Source: Paraspadella gotoi (taxonomy: Eukaryota > Animalia > Chaetognatha). Taken from it: a stretch of 64,000 bases of DNA. Each line of letters starts with the position of its first letter. Positions within the stretch are counted from its first letter, which is position 1. Positions 12,378 through 26,612 of this stretch are shown here, one piece after another. Made by a program: the position numbers and the translations under genes. Where the stretch lies: positions 9,990,538 through 10,054,537 of the forward strand of contig CM119266.1 in the NCBI GenBank assembly GCA_051294375.1, given 5' to 3'. The notes under the pieces are model-generated. The model ran no database searches. It was not told the origin of the DNA and saw only the letters and a list, made by a program, of their open reading frames with translations.

Positions 12378-13186
12378 GAAAAAGGAGGAAGAAGGAGGAA
12401 AGGAAAGAAAAGGAGAGGAAAAGATGGGAAAGAAAAGAAAAAAAAGGAAGAAAAAAGACAATGATAAAGAAGAAGAAGGAAAAAAGAGGTAAGGAGAGGA
12501 AAGGAAAAAAAGATGAAATAGAAAATAAAAAGAGAAGAAAAAGAAAACCAGAAAACGATAAGGACTGAGGAAAAAGGAAAGGAAAGGAGAGGAAAAGAGA
12601 GAAAAGGAAAGAAGAGGTTAACATTGAAGAAAGCGAGGAAAAGCGATGGAATGGAGAGGGACAAGAGATAGAAGATGAAAAAAGAGGAGTTGAAGAAAAG
12701 AAAGAGAAAGATAGGAAAGCGGAGATAGGAAATATCGAAAATTGGTGATGGAGGAAATGAAAAAAAGTGTATTAAATATGAGTAAAAGAAAATGGCAAGT
12801 AAGATTTAAAGAATTCGCCAGAAGGAAAAAAAACTAAAGAAAATACAATCAAAATAAGTTGAGACTAAATTGAAAAATAGAAAAAGAAAAATCTAACAGA
12901 GAACGAAAAAAATGAAAAAGTTAAAAGAAAAGAGAAGAGGTCGAAAGAAAAAGAGTTTGTAAGGTAAGAAAGTGAGAAAGCGAGGTATAAAAACACTTGG
13001 CAGCGAAAAGCGTCCGTGGAATTAATGACGGAAATAAAAGATTTGAAATAGGAACGCGGGAGAAGATGAGAAAAAAGAAAAGGAAGGTTAGAAGAAGAAG
13101 AATTAATGCCAAAGGAAAGAGAAAAGGAGGAATGGAAAGGAGAGGATAAAATAGAAGAGAGAGAAAAGAAAAGAAACGAAGGGAAA
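12378..13186. repeat. Long purine-rich (A/G) low-complexity tract
   Basis: Mostly A/G on the + strand; it generates the spurious F/S/L-rich minus-strand ORFs. Confidence 0.85.
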
Positions 13187-15336
13187 NNNNNNNNNNNNNN
13201 NNNNNNNNNNNNNNNNNNNNNNNNNNNNNNNNNNNNNNNNNNNNNNNNNNNNNNNNNNNNNNNNNNNNNNNNNNNNNNNNNNNNNNNNNNNNNNNNNNNN
13301 NNNNNNNNNNNNNNNNNNNNNNNNNNNNNNNNNNNNNNNNNNNNNNNNNNNNNNNNNNNNNNNNNNNNNNNNNNNNNNNNNNNNNNNNNNNNNNNNNNNN
13401 NNNNNNNNNNNNNNNNNNNNNNGCAACTGGAAAGAAATGAAACAGAAAGGAAAAAGAAAGAAAAAAATAAAGGAAGAAGGTTTTGAAAGAATCGGTCTGG
13501 AAAGAAATCTGTTTCGAATCGGAAAAAAAGAAAAAAAAATCTTTCGACGAGAAAGATGCTCGAAAACATATCATATGTCTGCGTCAACGACTTTAAAAAT
13601 CTCTCTCTNNNNNNNNNNNNNNNNNNNNNNNNNNNNNNNNNNNNNNNNNNNNNNNNNNNNNNNNNNNNNNNNNNNNNNNNNNNNNNNNNNNNNNNNNNNN
13701 NNNNNNNNNNNNNNNNNNNNNNNNNNNNNNNNNNNNNNNNNNNNNNNNNNNNTCTCTCTCTCCCCCACCCCTTTATCCCTTTCTCCTAAAACTCTAACGG
13801 CTTTTCTTCACAATGCCAGATTCTATAAAGAAAAGTTAATGATATTTTTGTCCCTTTTCTGATATTGTGAACTTATTTATTTCTTTATTTATTGTTTTTT
13901 ATTCCGACATGAAAAAAAAATAATTTCATGAAAATTTTTTTCAAACGAGTTTAGACGGTCGTTCTCTTTTGATCAGTAATTAGAGAATCTGTTAAAGTTA
14001 AAGTTTATTTAAGTTTAAACAAGATTTGAATGTTGTCGACGCCTAAAAAAGTCAGGTCATTAATACATTCAATGATACAAGTCATATTTTCTTTAAAAAT
14101 GAACAAATGAACCAAACCTTTTTTTCCGCCCCCCCCNNNNNNNNNNNNNNNNNNNNNNNNNNNNNNNNNNNNNNNNNNNNNNNNNNNNNNNNNNNNNNNN
14201 NNNNNNNNNNNNNNNNNNNNNNNNNNNNNNNNNNNNNNNNNNNNNNNNNNNNNNNNNNNNNNNNNNNNNNNNNNNNNNNNNNNNNNNNNNNNNNNNNNNN
14301 NNNNNNNNNNNNNNNNNNNNNNNNNNNNNNNNNNNNNNNNNNNNNNNNNNNNNNNNNNNNNNNNNNNNNNNNNNNNNNNNNNNNNNNNNNNNNNNNACCC
14401 GTTTTTCTCTCTTTTGTGGCGACCAACTTTGTATCCGACTTTCGGTTCAAAAAGTCACCTCCTAATCTTCAATCTACATCCTAACGAAACGACTGACCGG
14501 TTCGCTTTTAACGCTCTTTTTCTTGGCAATGCTTCAGGCCGCTCTATCTCCGCCTTACCTTTTATCCCTCGAACCTTTTCTCGTCGCCAACCTCCTTGGC
14601 ACTAAACTTACCTTCAACACATATTTATTCTGATTAAACTCACTCCAAATTGTCTAATTCGTTATCGATCCTGTCTCGAATCATTTCTCCTCTCTTCCTA
14701 ATATCCTCACTTTCTCTCCCCACCCATCTCCCACCCCATTACCTTCGCTCACCCACGTCCGNNNNNNNNNNNNNNNNNNNNNNNNNNNNNNNNNNNNNNN
14801 NNNNNNNNNNNNNNNNNNNNNNNNNNNNNNNNNNNNNNNNNNNNNNNNNNNNNNNNNNNNNNNNNNNNNNNNNNNNNNNNNNNNNNNNNNNNNNNNNNNN
14901 NNNNNNNNNNNNNNNNNNNNNNNNNNNNNNNNNNNNNNNNNNNNNNNNNNNNNNNNNNNNNNNNNNNNNNNNNNNNNNNNNNNNNNNNNNNNNNNNNNNN
15001 NNNNNNNNNNNNNNNNNNNNNNNNNNNNNNNNNNNNNNNNNNNNNNNNNGAATGTTTTTCCACGTTCCTGTTGGATTTGCTTGCTTTCACAGCTTTCCCA
15101 GATTTAAGAATTTCTACCTATCACCAACGTTTTTTTCTTTCTTTTTAAAATCATCATATAAAGCTGCGAACCAATGAAAGGCGAGAAAAACACAAAAGGA
15201 CACCAGAAGTTTTAATAAAATCTAATAAGAGTTACATGACGAATTGACGATCCTCATTCTAAAACTCGCCCATGAGAGTGGACATGCGTAAACTCAGATA
15301 TCAATATCTGTTGTATTTGTTTTACTTTAACTATTT

Positions 15337-15367
<31 letters not shown>

Positions 15368-15882
15368 NNNNNNNNNNNNNNNNNNNNNNNNNNNNNNNNN
15401 NNNNNNNNNNNNNNNNNNNNNNNNNNNNNNNNNNNNNNNNNNNNNNNNNNNNNNNNNNNNNNNNNNNNNNNNNNNNNNNNNNNNNNNNNNNNNNNNNNNN
15501 NNNNNNNNNNNNNNNNNNNNNNNNNNNNNNNNNNNNNNNNNNNNNNNNNNNNNNNNNNNNNNNNNNNNNNNNNNNNNNNNNNNNNNNNNNNNNNNNNNNN
15601 NNNGAGGAGGAAGAGGAGGAGAAGGAGGAGAATTGTGGGAAAGGGGATGTTGCGAAATTATCGAAAAGAAAAAAAAATTGGCAGAAGGTCAGTGAAAAAA
15701 AAATGTGGCCGGTGGTAGTAGAAGTTGTTAAATATAGTATCTGTATTAGTAATTGTATAATTTAGCGAAGTAATAACTGACAAGAAGATAAAGATAGAAT
15801 ACGAATTAGGTCATCGAAGAAAAGAACCGAAATAAATATGAAAAGGAGGACGACAATNNNNNNNNNNNNNNNNNNNNNNNNN

Positions 15883-16581
15883 TCCCACGCCCCATTACCT
15901 TCGGCTCACCCTACGTCCGTCAGCCACCGTGCCCCTGCCCGACCTCCACTGCTTCCACGCGGCGGCCATTATTGGATTTCCCTGTTGATCCGCTTCAGCG
16001 GCACTCAGATTGATCCCCATCTGGGATGACAGAAGCAGCGATGAAGCCCCTCGAGGCCGAAGAGCAGCGGACCTCCACCGACGCCCACCCCGGCGCCCAC
16101 TCAAACCTTCACCCACGCCCCCGTGGTCTTATTCTTCCCTCCCAAAAGCCCCAACCCTCGATACCGCTCTCACGATTAAGCTCAAACAGCTGTTAAAAGA
16201 AACTGCCCTTTTCCACGTTCCTGGTGATGTTCGCTTGCCTTTCACGAGCTTTCCCAGACTTTGAAGAATTCTACCTATCACACCAACCGTTTTTTTCTTT
16301 CTTTTTAAAACCATCATCATTATAAAAGCTGCGAACAACTGAAAGGCGAGAAAAACAGCAAAAGCGACACCAGAACTGTTTATATAAAATCTAATAAGCA
16401 GTTACCATGACGAACTTGCACGATCCTCTATTCTAAAACTCCGCCGCATGAGAGTGGCACATGCCGTAAACTCAGACTCATCAATATTCCTGGTTGAATT
16501 TGTTTTACTTTAACCTATTTTCTCTTCTCTCTCTCTCTTTTCTCTCTCTCTCTCCATCTTCTCTCTCTCTCCTCTCTCTCT

Positions 16582-16613
<32 letters not shown>

Positions 16614-17080
16614 TCCCACCTCTCCTCTCCTCCGATGTTCTCCCAGGTTTCCTTACCTGGCACACTCGCCGCCACGCGCTGCGCCTTCGTTCGGCATCAT
16701 CCACGCGGTCACAACCTTTTGCGCTGGCGGCCGCGGCGGCGGCAGGCGGCGGCGCGAGGAGGAGTAGGTATGGAGAAGGAGGCAGAATTGTGGGAAAAAA
16801 AGGCGGGAATGTGCGGGGGGAAAACAAACTTTAATTCGAAAAAAAGACGGGAAAAAAAAAATAATAAATTGGCTAGAAGGTCAGTGAAAAAAAAACTGTG
16901 TCCGGTGGTAGTAGAAGTCCCCTGCTTAAATATAGTGATCTGCTAAGCTAATTGGGCATAATTTAGCGAAGTAATAACTGACAATGGAAGAATAAAGATC
17001 TTACCGAATCACCGTCAAATTAAAGGTCCATCGAAAAAAGAACTCGAACATACAATCATGAAAAGTGAGGACGACCAATA
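15883..17080 (+). repeat. Noisy direct copy of 14728-15857 following a 25-N gap
   Basis: 'ccccattaccttcgctcacccacgtccg' (14734-14761) vs 'ccccattaccttcggctcaccctacgtccg' (15890-15919); 'tccacgttcctg...agctttcccaga' in both; collinear up to 'gaggacgac(c)aat'. Confidence 0.9.
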
Positions 17081-18761
17081 ACGACGACGACCGACGACGG
17101 CACCTACGAAGACGACGACGACGACGCCATTAAAAAAGAAATATCCGTGAAATAGTCTGAAAATCGGTCTGTCCCGCTCGAGGAGAAAGAAAAAGTATTC
17201 ACGGTGCAGAAGCAGACAAGACAGTTGTCTAGTCTATTCTCAGTCGGACCCGGTTGATGAACAAGATAAAAGAAAAGCATAAAAAAGATATTAACAATAC
17301 TATTGTTAATATTTTTTATTCGCTCGTTCGTCGTCAATAGGAGCGATAATAGAAATAGACAATAAGCTAAAATTTTATACTAAAAAAATTTTGATAGGAA
17401 AGAGATGAAAAGCAGTTGACCATCCAATAAAACGAACAATCTTTCAATGCGTTGTCCTAAGTTTTCGTAGTTACAGTCTATTGATCACCCGATCAGTAGG
17501 CATCTCATGAAAATCAATCATCGTGCCTAAGTATCAAATAAAAGTACATGGCAGCATTACCTCGAAGTTAGTTGGACCAGCCCAGAGAAGAACAGCGACA
17601 GACAGACCAAACAGGACACACAACAGACCCAGCCAGAGACAGACAGACTGACGCAAACAGACTCAGCCGAGAGACAGACAGACGGACCAACCTACGCCAC
17701 CGTCTGCACCGTAAAACTTTATCTAGAATAAATTTGCCTTCTCCGCCGGACCCGAAAAGCCCCCAAAGCAAAAAAAAACCAACAACACATAATATTAGCG
17801 ACGCGACGACGACAGAACCGCACAACGACCGACAGCACCGAGGCGAACGACCTACGCCTCCACAGTAACAGACTGAACAAACGATCAATCAACAGAAGCA
17901 ATCAACTGTGAGCCACCTAGGCGTGAGCGCAGTAGATGAACGTCACGTCCAAGATTGATGCGTGAAATCGAGAACTGGACGACGTTGGGGGGGGCGAGGC
18001 AGAGGGCGGGAAGGCGAATAACGGATAATCATATCTCCCCAAATCGCGTCAGAATGCAGTGGATTCCGAGAAGATGAGATGCTAAGGCGATTCGAGGTCT
18101 ATATAAATTCACTCGAGGAAAAACTCCGCCGAGCAGAGACGAGAGAAGAGCAGGAGAGAGGAGACAGAGAGAGAACGAAACGAGAGAGAAGAGCGGCGTG
18201 AACGGTGGGGTTGTGTGGTATTTGTCGTGTGTGGAGGAGGTAGTGAGGAGAGAGACAAGCTTGCCAGAGAGCTAGCACGAGAGAGCAGAGAGTGCTAAAA
18301 GAGGACTGCGAACTGAATTCACAAACGCAAAGACGTCGCAGATGCCGGTTATTCCTTCGGCTAGAGATCACGTGACTGATCTGTCGGATCAGATGTTTTG
18401 TGTTGTTGTGATTTGTGAGGATTTTTTTCACGTGATACCAAACGACATAACGAAGGATTAGCTACCTGACTTTCTTTGATGTTCGTCTCATATATTAGTA
18501 ATACACCCTGGCTAACGCTTACTACTTTATAATCTAACAAAGTAGTAAAAAATACACGATTTCATACTATGAATCATAGTTATACAAATTCGTAAACAGG
18601 ATCCGTTCTCCGTGATCCGTGAGGACCGACCGATCGCTTGGAAGACGCGTTGTAATTTGGGCAAGAGGTTTTTTTTATCACTAGGAGGTCACGTGACCTT
18701 CGTCGACGAATAAAACTGCTGACGCGGCTGATGTGAAGGAAAGTTTCGTCAGAGACAAAGA

Positions 18762-18762
18762 A

Positions 18763-18848
<86 letters not shown>
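18762..18848. repeat. (AG)n microsatellite
   Basis: Directly visible. Confidence 0.95.
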
Positions 18849-18850
<2 letters not shown>

Positions 18851-19212
18851 AAACACCCATCGCACCCATCCTCTCTGATTTTTAATTCTCTTTTTTTCCA
18901 AATTTTTTTTACGATTTAATTTTATTTTATTTTTTTCCTCACAAAGGAGAGACAGAGAAAAAAAAATTAATAAAAAAAACAACACAAACCTCCCCCCTTC
19001 TTTCTCTTTTCCTCGTTTATGCAAATTTATATCTTTTTATTTAAGAGTAAACGTCGCGAGGAGGAAAATTAAAGCTCGTGAAGTAAAACAAATTTACATA
19101 CTAATGAACGCGGATGAATCGGTTTTCGAGAAAACAAAAGGGAAAGACAGGGAAGGGAGAAACAAAAGGGAAAAGGAGAGAAAAAAACAAGAGACTAACG
19201 TTAGAAAACGGA

Positions 19213-19214
<2 letters not shown>

Positions 19215-19280
<66 letters not shown>
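19215..19280. repeat. (GA)n microsatellite
   Basis: Directly visible. Confidence 0.95.
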
Positions 19281-19282
<2 letters not shown>

Positions 19283-19390
19283 CCTTGGCTCGGAAGTCCA
19301 GATGGCGTTACAACTTCTTACTTTTTAATGTCGTGAGAAACGAATATAAAAGTCTTTTTCGATTAAACGTTGAACGCGTATCTGTTGCGC

Positions 19391-19427
19391 GTGAAGAGTG
19401 AAGAGTGAAGAGTGAAGAGTGAAGAGT
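19391..19427. repeat. 7-bp tandem repeat (GTGAAGA)x5
   Basis: Directly visible. Confidence 0.9.
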
Positions 19428-22400
19428 AGGTGATCTCTATGAGATATTACGCGGGCCAATTCATTGCAGTTTAAAACTGTCAAACTCCGGCGCAGTTTCA
19501 GGGAAGCTATACTATAAGTCAACCGCAACTACGCCCCCACGGCGGCCTTCGCCGGGGATCTCTCCCGGCAATCCCCGCCCACAAATTCATGATCGGGGCG
19601 CGAGCAAATGGCCCACTTCTCTCTCTCGTGCACTCTGTGCTGCTCTCTCCTCTTTCTCTCTCTCTTCCACGTCTCTTTCTGTGTCTTCTTTCTCTCATGC
19701 AGCTCAAAGTTCCTTATTTTTTAAAATATATTTTTTTAATTGACTACAGAACATGATTAATAGACTCAGGAAACAAGTAAGAAAAGATTATGAAAAAGAG
19801 TGAAAAAATAAGAGAAAGAGAGAAAAATAAGAGAAGAAAAAATTACTAAATTATTAATTGATAATTGTTATTGATTGATTAGTGATGTTATTCTGCTATT
19901 GTTTTTATCTTTAATTTAATTTAGTTTTATATAATCATTATGCCGCGCGACTCCAATGTTTGCTGCTTGTCAACGGTTTTTTCCGGCTATTGGTCTACTT
20001 GTTCTCCAGTTCACCGTCCGCGGCTCAGTCGCCGGACGGCTGACTCGAACCTGACCTCCCGGAACGGGTCTTCTGGCTTCTTTCTCTTCTCTTCTCTTCT
20101 TTCTCGTGTCTCTTCTCTCTGCTTCTTCTCCTTTCTCTCATCCAGCAGCAGCGGCATCCTGGTGTTTCGATGATGGCAGAGTCTCGAGATATAGCCGGTC
20201 CCACTTTCAATAGTTAATCATAATTATTGATTTATTAACAATGTGGATAGATAAATGAATGAAATTTTGTGTATAGGGCAAGAGAATGTATGCTGATTAA
20301 TCTGGATAAAATTTTGTGATGGAATCGAGCGGAATGTGATAAAGGCAGTTAAAGTAGAAAACGCAAAAAGACACATTTATTTTGAATTTTCGAAAGATTC
20401 CCTCTCTCTATTGCTCACTGATTTGATTAGATGATTGATTTTGACCCACATCATAAAATCATTCTTTTAAAAAAGGTTTAAATTGCCTTCTATATCAAAC
20501 TTGTTAATAGGAAGTTCGAATCCTGTTTAAAAATAAAGAAGAAAACATTTAAAATTTGAGCACTTTTCTATGGTGGTACTATGTAATAAATATGGGCGGA
20601 TGCAAATTGAAAAAATAAAAAAAATTCTTATATTTTTTATGTTAAAAACGTTCACAGGTGTGCCGTGATCGTCGTTGAATTCTACTATTTTGTCGAAATT
20701 TGAATTTCACTTGATCTTTATATTTTTGCTTAGATGCTTTAGTACAGAGAGACGAGATGGAAGGAGAAGATAGGAAGCAGAGAGGATTAAGAAATATCAC
20801 AAAAAATTAAAATAGAGTGAGAAAGAGATAGAATAGAGATAGCAAAGAGAAGAGAAAAGAGAGATAGAGACAGAGACGCAGAAAGATATATAGAAAAGAA
20901 AAAAAAATGAGAGGAGAGGTAGAAAGGATGAGAAGAGAGTAGAAGAGAAAGTAAAAGAGAGAGCCTAAAAATAGAAAAAGAATAGATGTGAGAAAGAGAG
21001 AGGAGATAGAGATATGAAAGAAGAGAGAGAGAGAAGAAGAGAGACTGAGAGAGAGAGAGAGTGATGAAAATAGAAAAAAGAAAAAGAGAAAGGTAGAAGA
21101 GGAGAGAGAGAGGATAAAATAAAAATAGAGGGTTTAGGAATGAATCTAAATTGCAAATAAATTATTTTTTTTTTAAATTGGATCATTTAAAATATATTTT
21201 ATTTATACAAGGACTCACCATGATGAACAGATCTCCGTGATTTGGTTGGCGGGGATAGGGCTTTTCCAAAACGTTAATCCCCATCAAAATATTGTGCGGG
21301 ATTCCCCCCGCCATGGATAACGCGAGGGGCTCTCAAAAGCAGTAATCCCCGTAAAGAGAATAGTGGCGGGGATCCCCAAAACAGAGGAAAAAAGACAGTT
21401 TTGTGAACAGAAAAGAGGGCGGCAGTTCAAACTGTCCCTTATAGGCAGTTCCAAACTGCGCCTTATTTGGACGGACGCGTCATACTTATCTCTATTGTGT
21501 GATCTGTTGTTCTGGCAGTAAATTCTGTATTTACTGTCGTCCAAAGTGTAATTTGGGGGGAGGGGAGGGGGTAAATACTAAAAAAAGAAGAAAAAGAATC
21601 GTTTTAAATAGTTGAATTCTAATAAAATGGTTAAACAATTCGTAAACAACGTAAAAGGAGGGAAAAAATGGACATTTCTTCACAGTAGAAACTCACTATT
21701 TCCTATCGTTCTAATATATCAAAACCATTTGTCAAAGCATTTGGTACATTTCCTGCGATGATGTACTTATACATAATTATGTTATCGACATAATAACCAA
21801 ACTAAGTGCATAGTATGTATATGTTTATGTAAGTCATCAGGAAGAATCTTTCCCGGAGGCGACGCAGCTGGGAAATACTTTAACATCAGACTTTTCCGTC
21901 TCGAGATTAAAGAGAGGATGAGATGAGAGATGAGAGAGAAGAGAGGAGAGGAGAGAAGATGCAGAGAACGAGACGACGAGAGAGAGAGAGAGAGCAGAGA
22001 GCGTGAAGAGATGAGACAGGAGAGAGAGAGAGAATGCATTCGGCAATGGAATCCAGGACGGAGAAGTTTTTATTAACGGAAAAGAAGGAAGAAAAGGGAT
22101 GGAAAGAAAGAAGAAAAAAATGGAAGATAGAAAGATAGAAAAGATACAAAGATAGAAGAAAGATAGAGAGATTGAAAAAAAATGAGAGGAAAGAAGGCGA
22201 ATGCAGAGGTGATTGAAGAAGAAAAACAGATACAAGATAGAAAGATGGTGAGATGGCGAGAGATGGCGAAATGCCATATATATATATTACAATGAAAAGA
22301 GTCGAAAGATGAGAAATTCGAATAGATAAAAAGAAGGATAATTGAAAGAGAGCCAAATAAGAAACCAATCATAGCGAAAAATAAATAAAATAAGACAATA

Positions 22401-24552
22401 AAGTTATCGAAAGTTCTGTAGAAAATAAGATTTCGACAGAGAAACAGAAAGCGAAAAAAAAGGAAGATGGACAGATCGAGGGAATGCCGAGAAGAAGGAA
22501 TGAAAGAGTAAAAGAGAGAGAAAAAATGCGGAGAGTGAGAATTGGATTCCCTTTTGTTTGACTTTTGGGCGTCACCTCATTTCTGTCGAATCCGCTAGAT
22601 TGAGTCGCAGACGCGACGAGAAAAACGAATTCGATCTCTTTTCGAAAATTCGATTTTTTTTTTGTTTTTGTTTTTGTTTTGTATTAGTTTTGTTAACATT
22701 TTTTTATTTTGAGTTAGATTGGGGATTCGGGAATAAGCTCGGACTTGTGTCTTCTTCCCGTTTAAGAAAATCTACCTATTACTTCGGTAGTTCAACGAAG
22801 AAAGTTTTTGTACATCGTCAGCGTCAGCGTCAACGTCGGCGTCAACCCAATTTTTGGCGGGAAAGTTCATCATGGTCAGGCTAATGAGAATTGTATCATT
22901 GTATCATTGGAGTCAAAACNNNNNNNNNNNNNNNNNNNNNNNNNTCAAAACTGAAAACCAATGAAAGAAATTCGCTCAGCTGGAGGAAGGATCGAAAAAA
23001 CTTTCACAAAATCGTCGCTTCCAAAACTCGTTTCCTATGACCGAAAAAAAACCGGTCTCAATATTCGTTCCTTGCCTTTGATGCTGAAAGAGATGAGAGA
23101 GATGAGAGAGAGAGGAGAGAGATGAGAGATTGATCGAGAAAGAGATGAGAGGAGAAGTTTTTTTTTAGCTGAGATGTGATGATGTACTGATGAGAGAATC
23201 CCCTAGAGAGAGAGAGAGAGAGAGACAAACGCGGCAAACTTCTTCAACGACCCTCATTTAGTCGAGGAGACAAAAAAGAAAAAGCCGTCGATGCCATCAA
23301 CAGATGGCGTTGCGTTGCGAATCTCTTCTCGTTGCGAGAGAAATTTTCAAGGGTCGTCATGGAAACGGGGCTTCTTTGACGGGCAGAAAAAGAGTAAAGA
23401 GGGTGTTGAAAAGGCGAATAACAGAGGAAATTCATAATAGGAAATAAGTTAATTTTCAAAGTGTTAAAAATGACAAAACAACTTTAAAAAGACGGATAAA
23501 ANNNNNNNNNNAAATTACAAACTAAAAAAAGAAAGAAAAAAGAAAAACGTAAAAGAATATAAAAAGAATGAAGGGAAATTTGAAAAAGGGTCTCGATGCG
23601 TGGTGGCGTGACATCGGCTGGAATGCAGACACGCCCAGATTTCAACCAGGAACCGAAAAAAAGGAGAAAAGGAAAAGAAAATTATTTTTTTCCTCCAAAA
23701 AGAAAAAAAATCTCAACAAAACTATTTTCGCCAACTCCTAAAACTTTTTTTTTATATTCTTCTTTCTTATTTACTTTGCGAAATCGCACTTGTACTATAA
23801 AAGAAAAAGAAAATCTCTCTCTCTCTCTCTCTCTCTCNNNNNNNNNNNNNNNNNNNNNNNNNNNNNNNNNNNNNNNNNNNNNNNNNNNNNNNNNNNNNNN
23901 NNNNNNNNNNNNNNNNNNNNNNNNNNNNNNNNNNNNNNNNNNNNNNNNNNNNNNNNNNNNNNNNNNNNNNNNNNNNNNNNNNNNNNNNNNNNNNNNNNNN
24001 NAAAAAATTTAAAAAAATATAAAAAAAACACTAACAATAAAACTCCATATCCTAAAAAAAATGTACCCAAAGTATCAGTTTTGGAGAAACCTTTCTCAGC
24101 GTTGCCTTGACTAAAGGCAGAGTGATCTCTTTCATCCGATTCAGCCAGGTCGGTCAGTCACGTCAACCTGCCATCCGACGCGACGCCACATATATTAATT
24201 TAGTCTCTCATAAATCCGATTTGGCCTTCATACGATAAATGACTGAAAACTTTATAAATGCGGTGTACCCTCAGTCCCTAACCATCGCCAAGTCCTGACG
24301 TTTCTCCATTTTATTTTCCGTTGTAAATTTAATTGACGATTGCAATGTCGTCGAACGAATCGCAAGACTGGCATCTGGCAACGACGCCATTCGTTGCAAC
24401 CGCAATTGCGTCGATTTCGATCGAGCGCTACATTCCTCTTGGCGCAAGATTCAACAAAACGCAATATTTCTTGGCGTTTGGCGAGCTCTTGGCCAGCATG
24501 TCTTGCCAATAGCTCTGTCAGTCGAGTTTCCTCTTTTTTCTCTCTCTCCCCT

Positions 24553-24585
<33 letters not shown>

Positions 24586-25279
24586 NNNNNNNNNNNNNNN
24601 NNNNNNNNNNTTCATATCCGGATATTAATAAATATATTCATTCTGAACTAAATATTCCTGTGTAGACATATCTTTGTACTATTCTTTTAGCCGCGACTCA
24701 GCACTTTTCAATTTTCGAAGAAAGTTTATTTATTTTTTGTTATAAAATTGACAGGTTAAAAATAACGCACAAGATTTTCATCGTCTCAGCTATATCAGTT
24801 TCCTCCAGAAAAATCTTAATATTTCCTATTTCACATTTCTATTTTTCTCTTTTCAAAACTCTTTCCGGCGTTGATCCCCTTAAAAAATCCCTCCTCACAC
24901 ATTTCCGTACCCTCGGCGGCAAATACACGAGGAATAATACATATGGCGAGAATAAGAAAACAGAGAGGAAATCTCGTCGCTGTGCGGCGTTTATTATCCT
25001 CCTGCTTCAGGGGGTTTCTCTTTGTCGTCTAGACGTTGTCAGTAACAGGCAATTTTAATATATCTTTGACCTCAGGTGATTCAGACTTCTCGCTTAATCC
25101 TAACGTCTTTGGCGATCCGTGGCAGAGTTAGCAGCAGATAATGGTCCCTTGCCCATCGTCGAGCGTCATAGACTATTTTTTCTTTTTCGTGCTTCGGTAG
25201 TCACTTCTCTCTTTGTTAATCAACGCATTGGTGGTATGGCAATTTGTATTTAGGTCGATGTCGTGATATCAGGAGCGAC

Positions 25280-25317
<38 letters not shown>

Positions 25318-26398
25318 CAGACCGACACAGAAATGTTAATGTAAATGTTACTGTAGATAAATGCTAAGAAAGGTTAGTCGCCAGAAGTTTAAAGAAAGAG
25401 AGAGAAAGAGAAAGAGACAGAGAGAGACAGAGACAGAGACAGACAGAATGTCAAAGAAGAACCAAGAAGTAAAAAAGATGGAAATTCGAGAGGAAAGGAT
25501 CAAGACGATCTTTTCCGTTTGCGATTCTGTCGGAATTCCCTTAGAGACCTCGCGGCGACACATCCGGGGATTAGGAAAAGGCGCGAAGGGGGTCGAGGAA
25601 CAACATCCGGGGGAGGAGACTTTGGAGGGCAGGGTGGAAGGGAAAATCGGGTGATCTGGGGACGAGGGGTGAGAGCTGAGAAGAAAATATGGGATGGAGT
25701 TTGGAGAAAGTTGAAAGTGTATATTGTATATTTTTACATGGTATTGCACATTGTAGTATGCAAGCTAATTTGTAATATACTCTGTCGACTCTGACTACTA
25801 TGCAACAGCATACGGGTTTTTTGATTCGCCGATTTTAGAGAAACCTTTTAAATTTGGAAGCGATATCGAAAAAAGGTCGTTGACTGGTTTTCAAAAAAAA
25901 ATAATAATAATAACTCAACTCGGAAGAGAGATGGCGTGAAAAAGAAAAATGTACACAATTCCTTAAATTACGAATTGGTAATCAATTTTTTAAAATATTT
26001 TTACCAATTTAATTACGCTTTTATTATAGGCGTTAGGTCTCTTTAATAAATTTTATTAATATTTGAATTCATTATAAAACCTTCGTTAGTTTTTTTTTGT
26101 TTTTAATTTTTTTTAATTTTTATTTCAAAATTACGACGGCGATGTGAATTTAATCCGCTAGGCGGCTTCGCGCTATCAACGATCGAGGTCAACGACCGCG
26201 GAATAAAATTTCAGTATCTCAGTATTTGTATTCTGATTCTCGAGAGAGTTTCTGAACTTTTTTTTTTCTCGTTTCATGCTTTATTTTTCTTTTTTTTCTT
26301 TCATATTTGGTTCCTTTTTCTTTGTGATTTTTTGGCGATTTGATTTCGCTTTTATTTCGCTTTATTTTTATTTTTTGTTTTTCGATTCTAGGTTCGCG

Positions 26399-26399
<1 letters not shown>

Positions 26400-26466
<67 letters not shown>

Positions 26467-26612
26467 TTTCCGAAATCCACATTATCGCAAAATCGAATTC
26501 ATCAGAAAGAAGCTCCGCGCGTTTAACCTTTGACCTTCGTTCGTCTCCAATTAGGTCGTCGTCGTCGTCGTCGTCGTCTTCGTCGTCGTCGTCGTCGTCG
26601 TCTTCGTCATCG
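26400..26612. repeat. (CT)n microsatellite (26406-26462) and (GTC)n microsatellite (26555-26612)
   Basis: Directly visible; they produce the poly-ER and poly-D ORF artefacts. Confidence 0.93.

Noticed and set aside
12202-13862. Long F/S/L-rich 'membrane-like' and K/E/R-rich ORFs
   Set aside because: Products of purine/pyrimidine strand skew and N-runs.
23187-23200. CTGATGA hammerhead-ribozyme-like core
   Set aside because: No downstream GAAA with closing stems; lies in noisy AG-repeat sequence.
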